From: Blastocatellia bacterium
GTDB lineage: Bacteria > Acidobacteriota > Blastocatellia > UBA7656
Assembly: GCA_963765495.1 (NCBI GenBank)
Contig: CAVXWP010000001.1
Coordinates: 896,001-960,000, forward strand
DNA: 64,000 nucleotides
Reading direction: 5' to 3'
Each line of letters begins with the position of its first letter. Position 1 is the first letter of the stretch. A program made the translations under genes and the position numbers. Below, in pieces: positions 11,001 through 18,736 of this stretch. The notes beneath the pieces were generated by a model. The model was not told the origin of the DNA, ran no database searches, and saw nothing but the letters and a program-made list of their open reading frames with translations.

Positions 11001-11396
11001 GGAGGGAACTGCTCTGTTAACTCCGGTCCCTGCCGTCCTGATCTGGTAGGCGACCCGAGTGTGAGCAATCCTGATCGCAACCTGTGGTTTGCGGTTGGAA
11101 TAGGGAATGGAACCCCCTGGGCAAAGGCTGCTCCGGGGCAATTCGGCAACGTGGGCCGCAACACGCTTCGAGGTCCCAGATTCTTGAATACGGATGCTTC
11201 TTTGTTCAAGAACTTCCATATAAGCGAAAGCAAGAAGCTGGAATTTCGAATCGAGGCATTCAATCTGTTCAACCATGTCAACCTCGGTCTGCCCGACAGT
11301 TGCGTTGATTGCAGCAGCAACGCCGGGAAGATAAACGGCCTGTCTCCGGGCGCATTGATGCGTCAGTTCCAGTTTGGCCTGAGGTTCACTTACTAA
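8040..11396 (+). CDS. TonB-dependent receptor with carboxypeptidase-regulatory-like domain
   Basis: Signal peptide, GSIIGSVTDPQGAAIVGATVTV, TKSGSNDFHG, and C-terminal beta-signal QFGLRFTY. GGAGG precedes ATG 8040; alternative start 8025. Confidence 0.92.
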   Translation: MQKSKLLMLVCSLALVLSALSANSMAQAVYGSIIGSVTDPQGAAIVGATVTVTDLTKNISTTVQTNESGNYTVTHLIPGQYSIKIEAEGYKSTNQEVQVKADVAARTDFGLEVGAVTEQVTISATAENLSLKTDRADVATTFSARQLEELPILDRNFTKFLLLTPGTQQLGWQHASSENPQGSVQIMVNGQHFSGTSFQLDGTDNQDPILGIIVINPTLESAIESKITTQNYDAEFGLAIAGIVTAQTKSGSNDFHGSLFEFRRNDETSARNPFSQSTVNSLTGKAIPDTLWNQFGGSAGYRIKKDKNFIFGDFQGTRRKNGGSILTTVPTARARTGDLSEYGRTIYDPLTGSANGVGRSAFAGARVPSNRLSPQALTLINLLPLPNLPGIENNYTASGIEAFNSDQFNVRDDHYWSEKLHIFGRYSFARYDKSGPGAFGTLLGGPAFDNIFFSGTSSVRNQSIAGGFDYTVSTKTITDFRFGFFRYRVAVLPGGVGTTPAADAGVPGLNVDDFFTSGMPDFGIRGVGGFKFGYSLDVNQCNCPLDQQEQQFQFVNNWSFIRANHTYKTGADIRYAMNLRVPSDAHRAGQLRFEPSRTSDFNADGTINDEGLGIATFLLGDVSSFQRYVGRTTSAAERQRRWFFYGQDTWRATQKLTVNYGLRWELIFPERVKQDGDGSLLNLESGDLFVGGVGDVNRHFNVKPTYKAFAPRLGIAYQWSDKTVIRAGYGRSFDIGVFGSLFGHTVTQNLPVLSAQDLSTSGFNRVFTLNSGPPPPIFLDVPSDGRLPLPNGVFARARPFTQRLPTVDAWNITVQHQLWNNTSVEAGYVGNKGTHVFAGNGPAFNINQPISDLSQPNADLRKPFFSNYGWTQGIDFFCNCADNRYNALQTKFETRFGGLSILAHYTLAAARFNDADYFIYDRSVGRGPTDEDRKHVFLFSNVWDLPIGRGKALLGNSSKTVDLILGGWQLNTITTWQSGLPFTPAVSGGNCSVNSGPCRPDLVGDPSVSNPDRNLWFAVGIGNGTPWAKAAPGQFGNVGRNTLRGPRFLNTDASLFKNFHISESKKLEFRIEAFNLFNHVNLGLPDSCVDCSSNAGKINGLSPGALMRQFQFGLRFTY

Positions 11397-11649
11397 CTAC
11401 CTGCGGCTGAAAAGCTGCAATTCTTCGGTGGCTGGTCTGAGGCCGAATCAGGCTTCAGATCAGCCACTTCACAATCTTCAAACACAATAAAGGCAAAGCA
11501 CCGAATCCTGCGTAGAGGGTATCCACCTTTTCGACTATTTGAACCTGCACACAAGTTACTCCCGCTCTTGTAGAGCATTTCACAGGAGTGAGAGAAACAT
11601 ATTTGGGATAGCAAATACGAATCCAGCGAAACTCTATGGAGGTCGCAAA

Positions 11650-12681
11650 ATGCCCTGGCTGCCCGGCGACAAGTATCTGTGGGATTTCTGGTTTGCCTGG
11701 AGGGAGACGGAGCTTCATCTGTTCTATCTTCAAGCCTCTCGCCTTGATTGTCATTACAACCCCGACCTCAGACACAACAAATCCTCTGTGGGCCACGCCC
11801 GCCTTACCTCTTTGGGCTGGAAAGAAATTGATGGGGCACCGGCATTTGAAAAAGGCGAGGCGGGTGCCTGGGATGACCTCTCAATCTGGACCGGCAGCAT
11901 CATTGAAGCAGAAGGCGGGGCTTACTATATGTTCTATACCGCGCGCTCGAGCGAAGACGCGCCGGTCTGGACGCCTCACGAATGGCAGCGGCCTCAAAAT
12001 ATTGGACTGGCCGTATCCGACGATCTCCGGTCGTGGAGGCGAACCGAAATTTCAAAGGCATCTCCGGTTATCGCCAACCCGGGAACGGCATCCATTTATG
12101 ACGGGGTCTCGTGGCGAGACCCTTACGTAGTGCGCGGCGAGGAGGGGGATTTTTTCGCCTTTATCTGCGCCCGCCTAAAGCCGAAAGAAGAGGCTTCAAT
12201 AGACGCGGGCGGCGCGGTCGTATATCTGAAATCCCGCGATCTGGAAAAGTGGGATAGCCGGGCGGCGCAACCGCTCGTTCATTCCGATGAGTTCTATCAA
12301 ATGGAAGTTCCTCAGGTCTTCTGGCGAAAGACCGCCGAAGGCAAGAGGCTTTATCTGCTGTTTTGCGCTCAAGAGAAGGATTGCTCGCGCGCGAGGCGAG
12401 TTCGTATGCCGGAGGCTGAATGCCGGACCGGGACATATTACATGATGAGCCGTCTTTTGCCGCTCGATTACGGAGAGATGCCTTCACTTGAAGAACCGGC
12501 CCGATTGCTTGCGCCCGCGCTCTATGCCGGGAAACTCCTGAATCCTGACACCGAAGACGAGCCGGTTTTTTTTGGCTTTCCCTGGAGCGACGCGGGCGGA
12601 CATTTCACAGGCGGATTGAGCGACCCGATCAGGACGAGTTTTAACCAGGACGGCAGCCTTGATCTTGTGGAAGAGGTTTAG
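11650..12681 (+). CDS. Clan GH-J (GH32/GH68-like) beta-fructosidase-type five-bladed propeller
   Basis: Motifs LWDFWF (nucleophile), WTGS, WRDP and MEVP (acid/base). GGAGG precedes ATG 11650. Adjacent to a fructokinase. Confidence 0.78.
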   Translation: MPWLPGDKYLWDFWFAWRETELHLFYLQASRLDCHYNPDLRHNKSSVGHARLTSLGWKEIDGAPAFEKGEAGAWDDLSIWTGSIIEAEGGAYYMFYTARSSEDAPVWTPHEWQRPQNIGLAVSDDLRSWRRTEISKASPVIANPGTASIYDGVSWRDPYVVRGEEGDFFAFICARLKPKEEASIDAGGAVVYLKSRDLEKWDSRAAQPLVHSDEFYQMEVPQVFWRKTAEGKRLYLLFCAQEKDCSRARRVRMPEAECRTGTYYMMSRLLPLDYGEMPSLEEPARLLAPALYAGKLLNPDTEDEPVFFGFPWSDAGGHFTGGLSDPIRTSFNQDGSLDLVEEV

Positions 12682-12725
12682 CGTGAAGAGATGAATTTGC
12701 ATCTGTGCAGAAAGAGAGAGAATTT

Positions 12726-12792
12726 GCCACAGAGACACAAAGACACAGAGATTTTTTTGTAATTTTTCTCTGTGCCTCTGTGCCTCTGTGGC
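12726..12792. repeat. Octamer-array hairpin element (family C), copy 1
   Basis: GCCACAGAGACACAAAGACACAGAG, a T-rich loop, then CTCTGTGCCTCTGTGCCTCTGTGGC. Confidence 0.85.
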
Positions 12793-12809
12793 TATTGCTG
12801 AGCGCCTAC

Positions 12810-13733
12810 ATGGATTCCAAAGAGTACAACATAGTCGGCCTGGGCGAGATACTCTGGGATTTGCTGCCCGGTGGAAGGAAACCCGGCGGCGCGCCTGCCA
12901 ATTTCGCATATCATGCCTTCAGGCTTGGGAATCGCAGCCGGATCGCAAGCCGCGTCGGAACCGATGTGCTCGGATGCGAGGCGATTGACAGGCTCAAGGC
13001 ATTGGAGCTTTCTGCCGACTGCGTGCAGGCCGATCACAGACACCCTACCGGAACCGTTTACGTCGAGGTTGACCCGAAGGGACAGCCGCACTACACCATC
13101 ACGGAAGATGTCGCCTGGGACCATCTGGAATGGACGCCCGAATGGCAGGAACTGGCTGCCGGGGCAGATGCCGTCTGCTTCGGATCGCTTGCCCAGCGTT
13201 CCGCGTGCTCGCGCCAGACGATACACCGCTTTTTGCGGGCAACTCGCAAGGATGCTCTGCGGATTTTCGATGTGAATCTCAGACAGTCATTCTATTCGTG
13301 GGAAGTGCTCAAGCAATCACTGAAGCTTGCGCGGATAGTAAAGCTCAACGATCAGGAACTGCCGGTGGTGATAGAGTTGCTCGGCTTCGATTACGGAAAT
13401 CAGAAAGCCTCGGCTCGCCGGTTGCTCGAAGTCTTCGATCTCGATCTCGTATGCGTGACGCGAGGCTCTTTGGGAAGCCTGCTCGTCTCTGCGGATGAAA
13501 TGTTTGAGCACCCCGGAATCAATATTAAAGTGGCAGATACTGTAGGAGCGGGCGATGCCTTTACGGCGGCGCTTGCGCACTATTACCTTCACGGCAAATC
13601 TCTCGAAGTGATCAGCGATGCGGCCAACCGTCTTGGCGCGTGGGTAGCCTCGCAGGTGGGAGCTACGCCGGTCATCAAGCAGTGCGAGTTGAAGCGAATA
13701 GTCGAAGGAGCGGACAAGTCATGGCAGACGTGA
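12810..13733 (+). CDS. PfkB-family carbohydrate kinase (fructokinase)
   Basis: GLGEILWD, GGAPANFA, FDVNLR, VTRG and DTVGAGDAF motifs. The upstream track extension is repeat-derived. Confidence 0.9.
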   Translation: MDSKEYNIVGLGEILWDLLPGGRKPGGAPANFAYHAFRLGNRSRIASRVGTDVLGCEAIDRLKALELSADCVQADHRHPTGTVYVEVDPKGQPHYTITEDVAWDHLEWTPEWQELAAGADAVCFGSLAQRSACSRQTIHRFLRATRKDALRIFDVNLRQSFYSWEVLKQSLKLARIVKLNDQELPVVIELLGFDYGNQKASARRLLEVFDLDLVCVTRGSLGSLLVSADEMFEHPGINIKVADTVGAGDAFTAALAHYYLHGKSLEVISDAANRLGAWVASQVGATPVIKQCELKRIVEGADKSWQT

Positions 13734-14833
13734 CGCTAAAACACGTGTCAAAGATTTATTCGGGAGGGGTTCGGGCCGTTTCGGATGTAAACGTAGAGAT
13801 TGCCGATGGTCAGTTCATCATACTTGTAGGTCCGTCGGGCTGCGGAAAGTCTACGCTGCTGAGGATGATTGCGGGTCTTGAGACGATCTCGGAAGGAGAG
13901 CTTTACATTGATAAGAAGCTGGTCAATGATGTGGCCGCCAAAGACCGCGACATCGCCATGGTCTTTCAAAACTATGCCCTCTATCCGCACATGACGGTCT
14001 TTGAAAACATGGCCTTTGGTCTGAAGATGAGAAACTTTCCCAAAGACGAAATCGCCCGCCGGGTGCGCGAAGCCGGAGATGTTTTGGATCTGACTCGCTA
14101 TCTGGAAAGAAAACCAAAGGCGCTTTCGGGCGGGCAGAGGCAGAGGGTCGCGGTGGGTCGGGCCATCGTGCGGCAGCCGAGCCTCTTTCTCTTTGATGAG
14201 CCGCTCAGCAATCTTGACGCAAAGCTCAGGGTCGCAATGCGCGCCGAGTTGATAAGGCTGCACAAACGGCTTCGGGCGACGATGATCTATGTCACGCACG
14301 ACCAGATGGAAGCCATGAGCATGGGCGATATGCTGATCGTGCTAAAGGACGGCGTAGTGCAACAGAAAGGGCCGCCGCTTGAAATCTATAACTGGCCTGC
14401 CAACACCTTTGTAGCCGGTTTCATCGGCAGCCCGGCGATGAATTTTCTAACGGGCGAAATCACAGGCCGCAATGGAGGACAGGTATTCGACACCGGCTCG
14501 CTCCAGCTTGACGCTTCCGTGCTGGGCGGGGGGCTCGCGGGCAGGCGCGTGACCATAGGGGTCAGGCCCGAATGGATGCGAGTGGATAAAGCCCGATCCG
14601 AAACCGACGTTCTTTTTCCGGCTCGCGTCGAAGTCATCGAGCGCATGGGAAGCGACACGTTTGTAAATATTTCGGCGGGCGCGCACGAACTGGTTGCGCG
14701 GATTGATCCTCAAATAGCGATCAGCATGGAAGAGACGCGAAACTTTTCCTTCGATATGCGCGAGGCGCGGCTTTACGACGGCGAGACCGGCATTTTGCTG
14801 AAAGGGAACGGAGAGCAGGGTGCTACAAATTGA
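13721..14833 (+). CDS. Sugar ABC transporter ATP-binding subunit (MalK/UgpC type)
   Basis: GPSGCGKST, VFQNYALYPHM, LSGGQRQR and FDEPLSNLDAKLR. AAGGAG RBS before ATG 13721. Confidence 0.95.
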   Translation: MADVTLKHVSKIYSGGVRAVSDVNVEIADGQFIILVGPSGCGKSTLLRMIAGLETISEGELYIDKKLVNDVAAKDRDIAMVFQNYALYPHMTVFENMAFGLKMRNFPKDEIARRVREAGDVLDLTRYLERKPKALSGGQRQRVAVGRAIVRQPSLFLFDEPLSNLDAKLRVAMRAELIRLHKRLRATMIYVTHDQMEAMSMGDMLIVLKDGVVQQKGPPLEIYNWPANTFVAGFIGSPAMNFLTGEITGRNGGQVFDTGSLQLDASVLGGGLAGRRVTIGVRPEWMRVDKARSETDVLFPARVEVIERMGSDTFVNISAGAHELVARIDPQIAISMEETRNFSFDMREARLYDGETGILLKGNGEQGATN

Positions 14834-16106
14834 GGCTAAAGGCTTGCGAGCCGGTTTGCTGCTGCTCATTTTAGTGTTGCTCGTCTTGTGCGCGATGATG
14901 CTGGCCTGTTCGGCCACCCGAGGCGGCGACGGACGCATCCGCGTCACCTTCTGGCACGGGATGGAATCGGGCGTCAACAACCAGGTGTTGCAATCCAAGA
15001 TAGATGCCTTTAACCATCGGCATCCCGACATACTCATAGACGCTCAGGTGTACGGCGCGGCGGATCAGTTGAGTCCAAAGCTCGACGCGGCGGTCGCCGG
15101 GCGCACTCCGCCCGATCTGCTCTGGTGGGCTCCGGCCTTTTTCCCAAAGTATGCCGAGGCGGGCGCGCTCCGCAGCGTAGACGATTTTATAGCTCAAGAC
15201 GCCCGCTTCAACCGGGATGATGTATACGATTTTCTGTGGGAGATGGGTAGCTTCGAGGGTCATATCTATGCCACGCCTTTTTCAGCAAACGATCTGGCGA
15301 TGTATTACAACAAGCAGATGTTTGCCGATGCCGGAATCACCGCTCCGCCTCAAGACTGGGAGCAGTTCAAGACCGTGGCCGCGCGCCTCACTCAAGGCGA
15401 TGTTCACGGCTTTCTTTTGCCGATAGGCAGTTCGGAGTGGACCGTCTGGACGTGGCAATGTTTTCTCTGGCAGGCGGGCGGCGAAATACTCACGCCCGAC
15501 AAACACGGCGCAGCCTTCAACAGCCCTGCCGGAGTTGCGGCGCTCGATTTCTGGAAGTCTATGCTTGATGACGGCTCGGCAGTCTTTTCAGAGACCGACG
15601 CGGGGTACAAAACCGATGCCCTTTTATCCGCGCGCGTGGCGATGACTATCAACGGCCCGTGGAACTACTCTCTGCTCAAAGATCAGACCGAGGTTGACGT
15701 AGGCGTTTTCCCGTTGCCCGCAAAAGAGCGCGCGGCTACGAATATCGGCGGCGAATCGCTCTTTTTATTCAAGTCGAACCCGGAAAAAGAGCGGGCCGCG
15801 TGGGAGTTTATGAAGTACGTCATGAGCCCCGACTTTCAGGTGGACTGGGCGATCGACACCGGCTATTTGCCGGTGTCGAAATCTGCCGCCGCAAGCAAAG
15901 AGTATCAATCATTTTTAGAGCGGAATCCTTTCATGAAAATCTATAACGAGCAGATGTCGGCCGGGAAAACACGTCCGTCAATCCCCGAGTATCCGGCGCT
16001 ATCGGCCACGCTCGGCAAATATCTCGAGGCCGCGCTCTACGGCAAATATTCGTCGAAGGAAGCACTGGACAAAGCGGCAGAGGAAGTCAACAGGTTGCTC
16101 GAATGA
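14820..16106 (+). CDS. Sugar ABC transporter substrate-binding lipoprotein
   Basis: Hydrophobic N-terminus with LAC lipobox, then VTFWH, YYNKQMF, AMTINGPW and AAWEFMKY. Confidence 0.92.
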   Translation: MLQIEAKGLRAGLLLLILVLLVLCAMMLACSATRGGDGRIRVTFWHGMESGVNNQVLQSKIDAFNHRHPDILIDAQVYGAADQLSPKLDAAVAGRTPPDLLWWAPAFFPKYAEAGALRSVDDFIAQDARFNRDDVYDFLWEMGSFEGHIYATPFSANDLAMYYNKQMFADAGITAPPQDWEQFKTVAARLTQGDVHGFLLPIGSSEWTVWTWQCFLWQAGGEILTPDKHGAAFNSPAGVAALDFWKSMLDDGSAVFSETDAGYKTDALLSARVAMTINGPWNYSLLKDQTEVDVGVFPLPAKERAATNIGGESLFLFKSNPEKERAAWEFMKYVMSPDFQVDWAIDTGYLPVSKSAAASKEYQSFLERNPFMKIYNEQMSAGKTRPSIPEYPALSATLGKYLEAALYGKYSSKEALDKAAEEVNRLLE

Positions 16107-16975
16107 CAGGCGCAAGAAAAGATACACTGACGGCCTATCTCTTTATCCTTCCGGCGCTCGCGCTGCTGGGCATTTTCGTCATTTATCCGGTGGTGAATCT
16201 GCTGTGGGTCAGCCTGAATCAATGGAACATTCTGAAAGACGAGATGCGTTACGTAGGGGCGGCGAATTTCAGCGCTATTCTTTCGGAAGAGGGTTTTTGG
16301 AATGCGCTCTGGAACACATTTTATTATGTAATAGCCACCGTGCCGCTCGGGATGGCGATCTCGCTCGGGCTCGCGTTGTTGCTGAATGAGCGCATCAGGG
16401 GGGTGAGCCTGTTTCGGACGGCGATCTTCACGCCGGTTGTGACATCGACCGTAGCGGCGGGCGTAATCTTTATTTGGCTTATGGATTACGATCAGGGCCT
16501 GCTCAACCGCTTTTTGATGGGAATAGGTGTGAATAAAATCAACTGGCTGCAAAGCCGCGAGTGGGCCATGCCTGCTGTAGTCCTGATGACTCTGTGGAAG
16601 CAGGCGGGTTACAACATGGTGCTATTTCTTGCGGGGCTGCAAGGCATACCGGATATGTACTATGAAGCGGCGGCCATTGACGGGGCCGGAAGCGGGTGGC
16701 AGACCTTTCGCTACGTTACGTGGCCGCTGCTGTGGCCCACCACTTTTTTTGTGATGGTCGTGTCAATCATCTTTGCGTTTCGCGGCTTTGAATCAATGTA
16801 TGTCATGACGCGCGGAGGCCCCGTAGGCGCTACGACCACGCTGGTCTATTACATTTTTGACAAGGCGTTCAAGTTCGGCAACATGGGGCAGGCGGCAGCG
16901 GTGTCGGTATTGATGGTAGTGATAGTTCTGGGCATCACGTGGGTGCAGTTTCGATGGCAGAAAAGCGAAGTCTGA
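16103..16975 (+). CDS. Carbohydrate ABC transporter permease (MalF/UgpA-like)
   Basis: EAA loop YEAAAIDGA, transmembrane helices, and 4-nt overlap with the upstream gene. Confidence 0.95.
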   Translation: MTGARKDTLTAYLFILPALALLGIFVIYPVVNLLWVSLNQWNILKDEMRYVGAANFSAILSEEGFWNALWNTFYYVIATVPLGMAISLGLALLLNERIRGVSLFRTAIFTPVVTSTVAAGVIFIWLMDYDQGLLNRFLMGIGVNKINWLQSREWAMPAVVLMTLWKQAGYNMVLFLAGLQGIPDMYYEAAAIDGAGSGWQTFRYVTWPLLWPTTFFVMVVSIIFAFRGFESMYVMTRGGPVGATTTLVYYIFDKAFKFGNMGQAAAVSVLMVVIVLGITWVQFRWQKSEV

Positions 16976-16990
16976 AACCGAAGGAAATAA

Positions 16991-17048
16991 CCACCGAGGC
17001 ACAGAGAAATAATTACAAAAAAACTCTGTGTCTTTGTGCCTCTGTGGC
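16991..17048. repeat. Octamer-array hairpin element (family C), copy 2 in reverse orientation
   Basis: Near reverse complement of 12726-12792, including the loop (AATTACAAAAAAA). Confidence 0.85.
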
Positions 17049-17070
17049 AACCCTTCTCCCTTTTTGAGCA

Positions 17071-17889
17071 ATGACATCATCAGCCTTCAGCAGAGTGATT
17101 AAATATGCGGTGATCGTAGTGGTCGCGTTGATTTTTCTGCTGCCGCTTATTTCAATGCTCACGACATCGCTCAGAGCGCCGAATGAAGCGGCCTCCGGGT
17201 TTTCGCTGCTCCCGCGCGGTTTCCACTGGCAGAATTATGCCGAAGCGTGGCGCGCTACGAACTTTCCCCGGCAGTTTGTCAACAGTCTGATCATGTCGCT
17301 TGGCGTAACGTTCGGCCAGATCATCACATCGCTTATGGCCGGGTACGCATTTGCCCGCATGGAGTTTCTGGGCAAAAACATCGTCTTTCTGATATTGCTC
17401 TCGACGATGATAATCCCGTTTCAAATTCTCGTGATTCCAATCTTCATCATCCTTGTCAAACTGAGCTGGATCAACACCTACTGGGCGCTCATAGTGCCTT
17501 CGCTTGCGAATGCGTTTGGCATATTTTTGTTCACGCAGTTTTTCAAGACCATTCCATACGAACTGGAAGAAGCGGCCTATCTGGACGGGGCCAGCCGGTG
17601 GACCGTGTTATGGCGCATAATGGTGCCGCTCGCGCGCCCGGCCATCGCTACGCTATTTTTATTCACCTTTATCGCCGAGTGGAACGATCTGTTCAAGCCG
17701 CTGGTCTTTACAAGCACAAAGGACATGCGGACGGTGCAGCTTGGGCTGACCGTTTTTCAAGAGCAATTCAAAGTAGATTACACGCTTCTTATGGCGGCGG
17801 TCGTTTTTGTGACCGTGCCGAGCGTGCTCATATTTTTCATCGGGCAAAAACAGTTCATCAAAGGCGTGGCCACAAGCGGGCTGAAATAA
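17071..17889 (+). CDS. Carbohydrate ABC transporter permease (MalG/UgpE-like)
   Basis: AGYAFAR, ELEEAAYLDGA and C-terminal QKQFIKGVATSGLK. Confidence 0.95.
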   Translation: MTSSAFSRVIKYAVIVVVALIFLLPLISMLTTSLRAPNEAASGFSLLPRGFHWQNYAEAWRATNFPRQFVNSLIMSLGVTFGQIITSLMAGYAFARMEFLGKNIVFLILLSTMIIPFQILVIPIFIILVKLSWINTYWALIVPSLANAFGIFLFTQFFKTIPYELEEAAYLDGASRWTVLWRIMVPLARPAIATLFLFTFIAEWNDLFKPLVFTSTKDMRTVQLGLTVFQEQFKVDYTLLMAAVVFVTVPSVLIFFIGQKQFIKGVATSGLK

Positions 17890-17892
17890 TAG

Positions 17893-17994
17893 GTGATCCG
17901 TGATGCGTGATTCGTGATTGACAAGACCTATAAGTTCGCTGTCACAAACAGGTTCCATTAAAGTCACGGATCACGGATCACGATTCACGCATCA
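17893..17994. repeat. Heptamer-array hairpin element (family A), diverged core
   Basis: (GTGATNC)n ... (TCACGNA)n inverted arms between convergent genes. Confidence 0.8.
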
Positions 17995-18001
17995 TTCCCA
18001 T

Positions 18002-18736
18002 TTAGTTTCGAGCCTTCTCTGACTCTCGCAGCATCTCAGAAATAACCTCTATGTTATGCGTAGCCCGCGCCTCGCTGTCGTGGTCGCCAAGGACTCGAAA
18101 AATGGGCAGGGCCTGATTATAAGCGTCCATCGCTTTTTGCAGTTCCTTTTTGTCGGTATAAATCTGGGCAAGCGCGCTCAAGGCGATGGCTGTGCTTTTG
18201 CGCTCGCCCTCTTTTTGCGATAGCGCGAGGGCCTCGTTGAACAGGTCGAGCGATTTGTCTAACTCCTTGGCCCCGTAGTGCGCGGCGGCGCAATTGAGAA
18301 GCGCGTCTATCTCTCCCGGGCGATGTTTGATTTTTCGATACAGGTTGAGCGCCCCCTGAAAATGGCGGAGCGCCTCGTGATCCTGTCCCAGTTGTCTCAG
18401 CACAAAACCTGCTCCGAGCAACGCCACGGCCTGCTTGCCGTAGGCCTGTGCCTCGTTGAAATCGCTGGCCGCCCGTCGAAAAAAGTCGAGGGCTTCGGGC
18501 AGATCATCAGGGTTTTTTCTGTTGTAAAGCGACAGCGCGTGAGTTAAGAGCATCTGGCCGCTCGCTTCCATCGATCTTGAGGCGCGCTCTGTTGCCCGCG
18601 TCTGACTGAGTGCGGTGCTGGAAATGCAGGCAATCGAGATCACCGATAATGCGAGAAAATTTCTTCCGCGAAGGTGGCTTCTGATGGTTGCGTCAGGCAT
18701 CTGAAAACATCCTTTCCGGGTTGATCCCTCGCTCAC
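18002..18736 (-). CDS. Secreted TPR protein
   Basis: Signal-like segment followed by TPR_12-like repeats (ALNLYRKIKHRPGEIDAL, ALPIFRVLGD). GTG start overlaps the upstream stop; alternative ATG at 18700. Confidence 0.8.
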   Translation of the reverse strand: MSEGSTRKGCFQMPDATIRSHLRGRNFLALSVISIACISSTALSQTRATERASRSMEASGQMLLTHALSLYNRKNPDDLPEALDFFRRAASDFNEAQAYGKQAVALLGAGFVLRQLGQDHEALRHFQGALNLYRKIKHRPGEIDALLNCAAAHYGAKELDKSLDLFNEALALSQKEGERKSTAIALSALAQIYTDKKELQKAMDAYNQALPIFRVLGDHDSEARATHNIEVISEMLRESEKARN

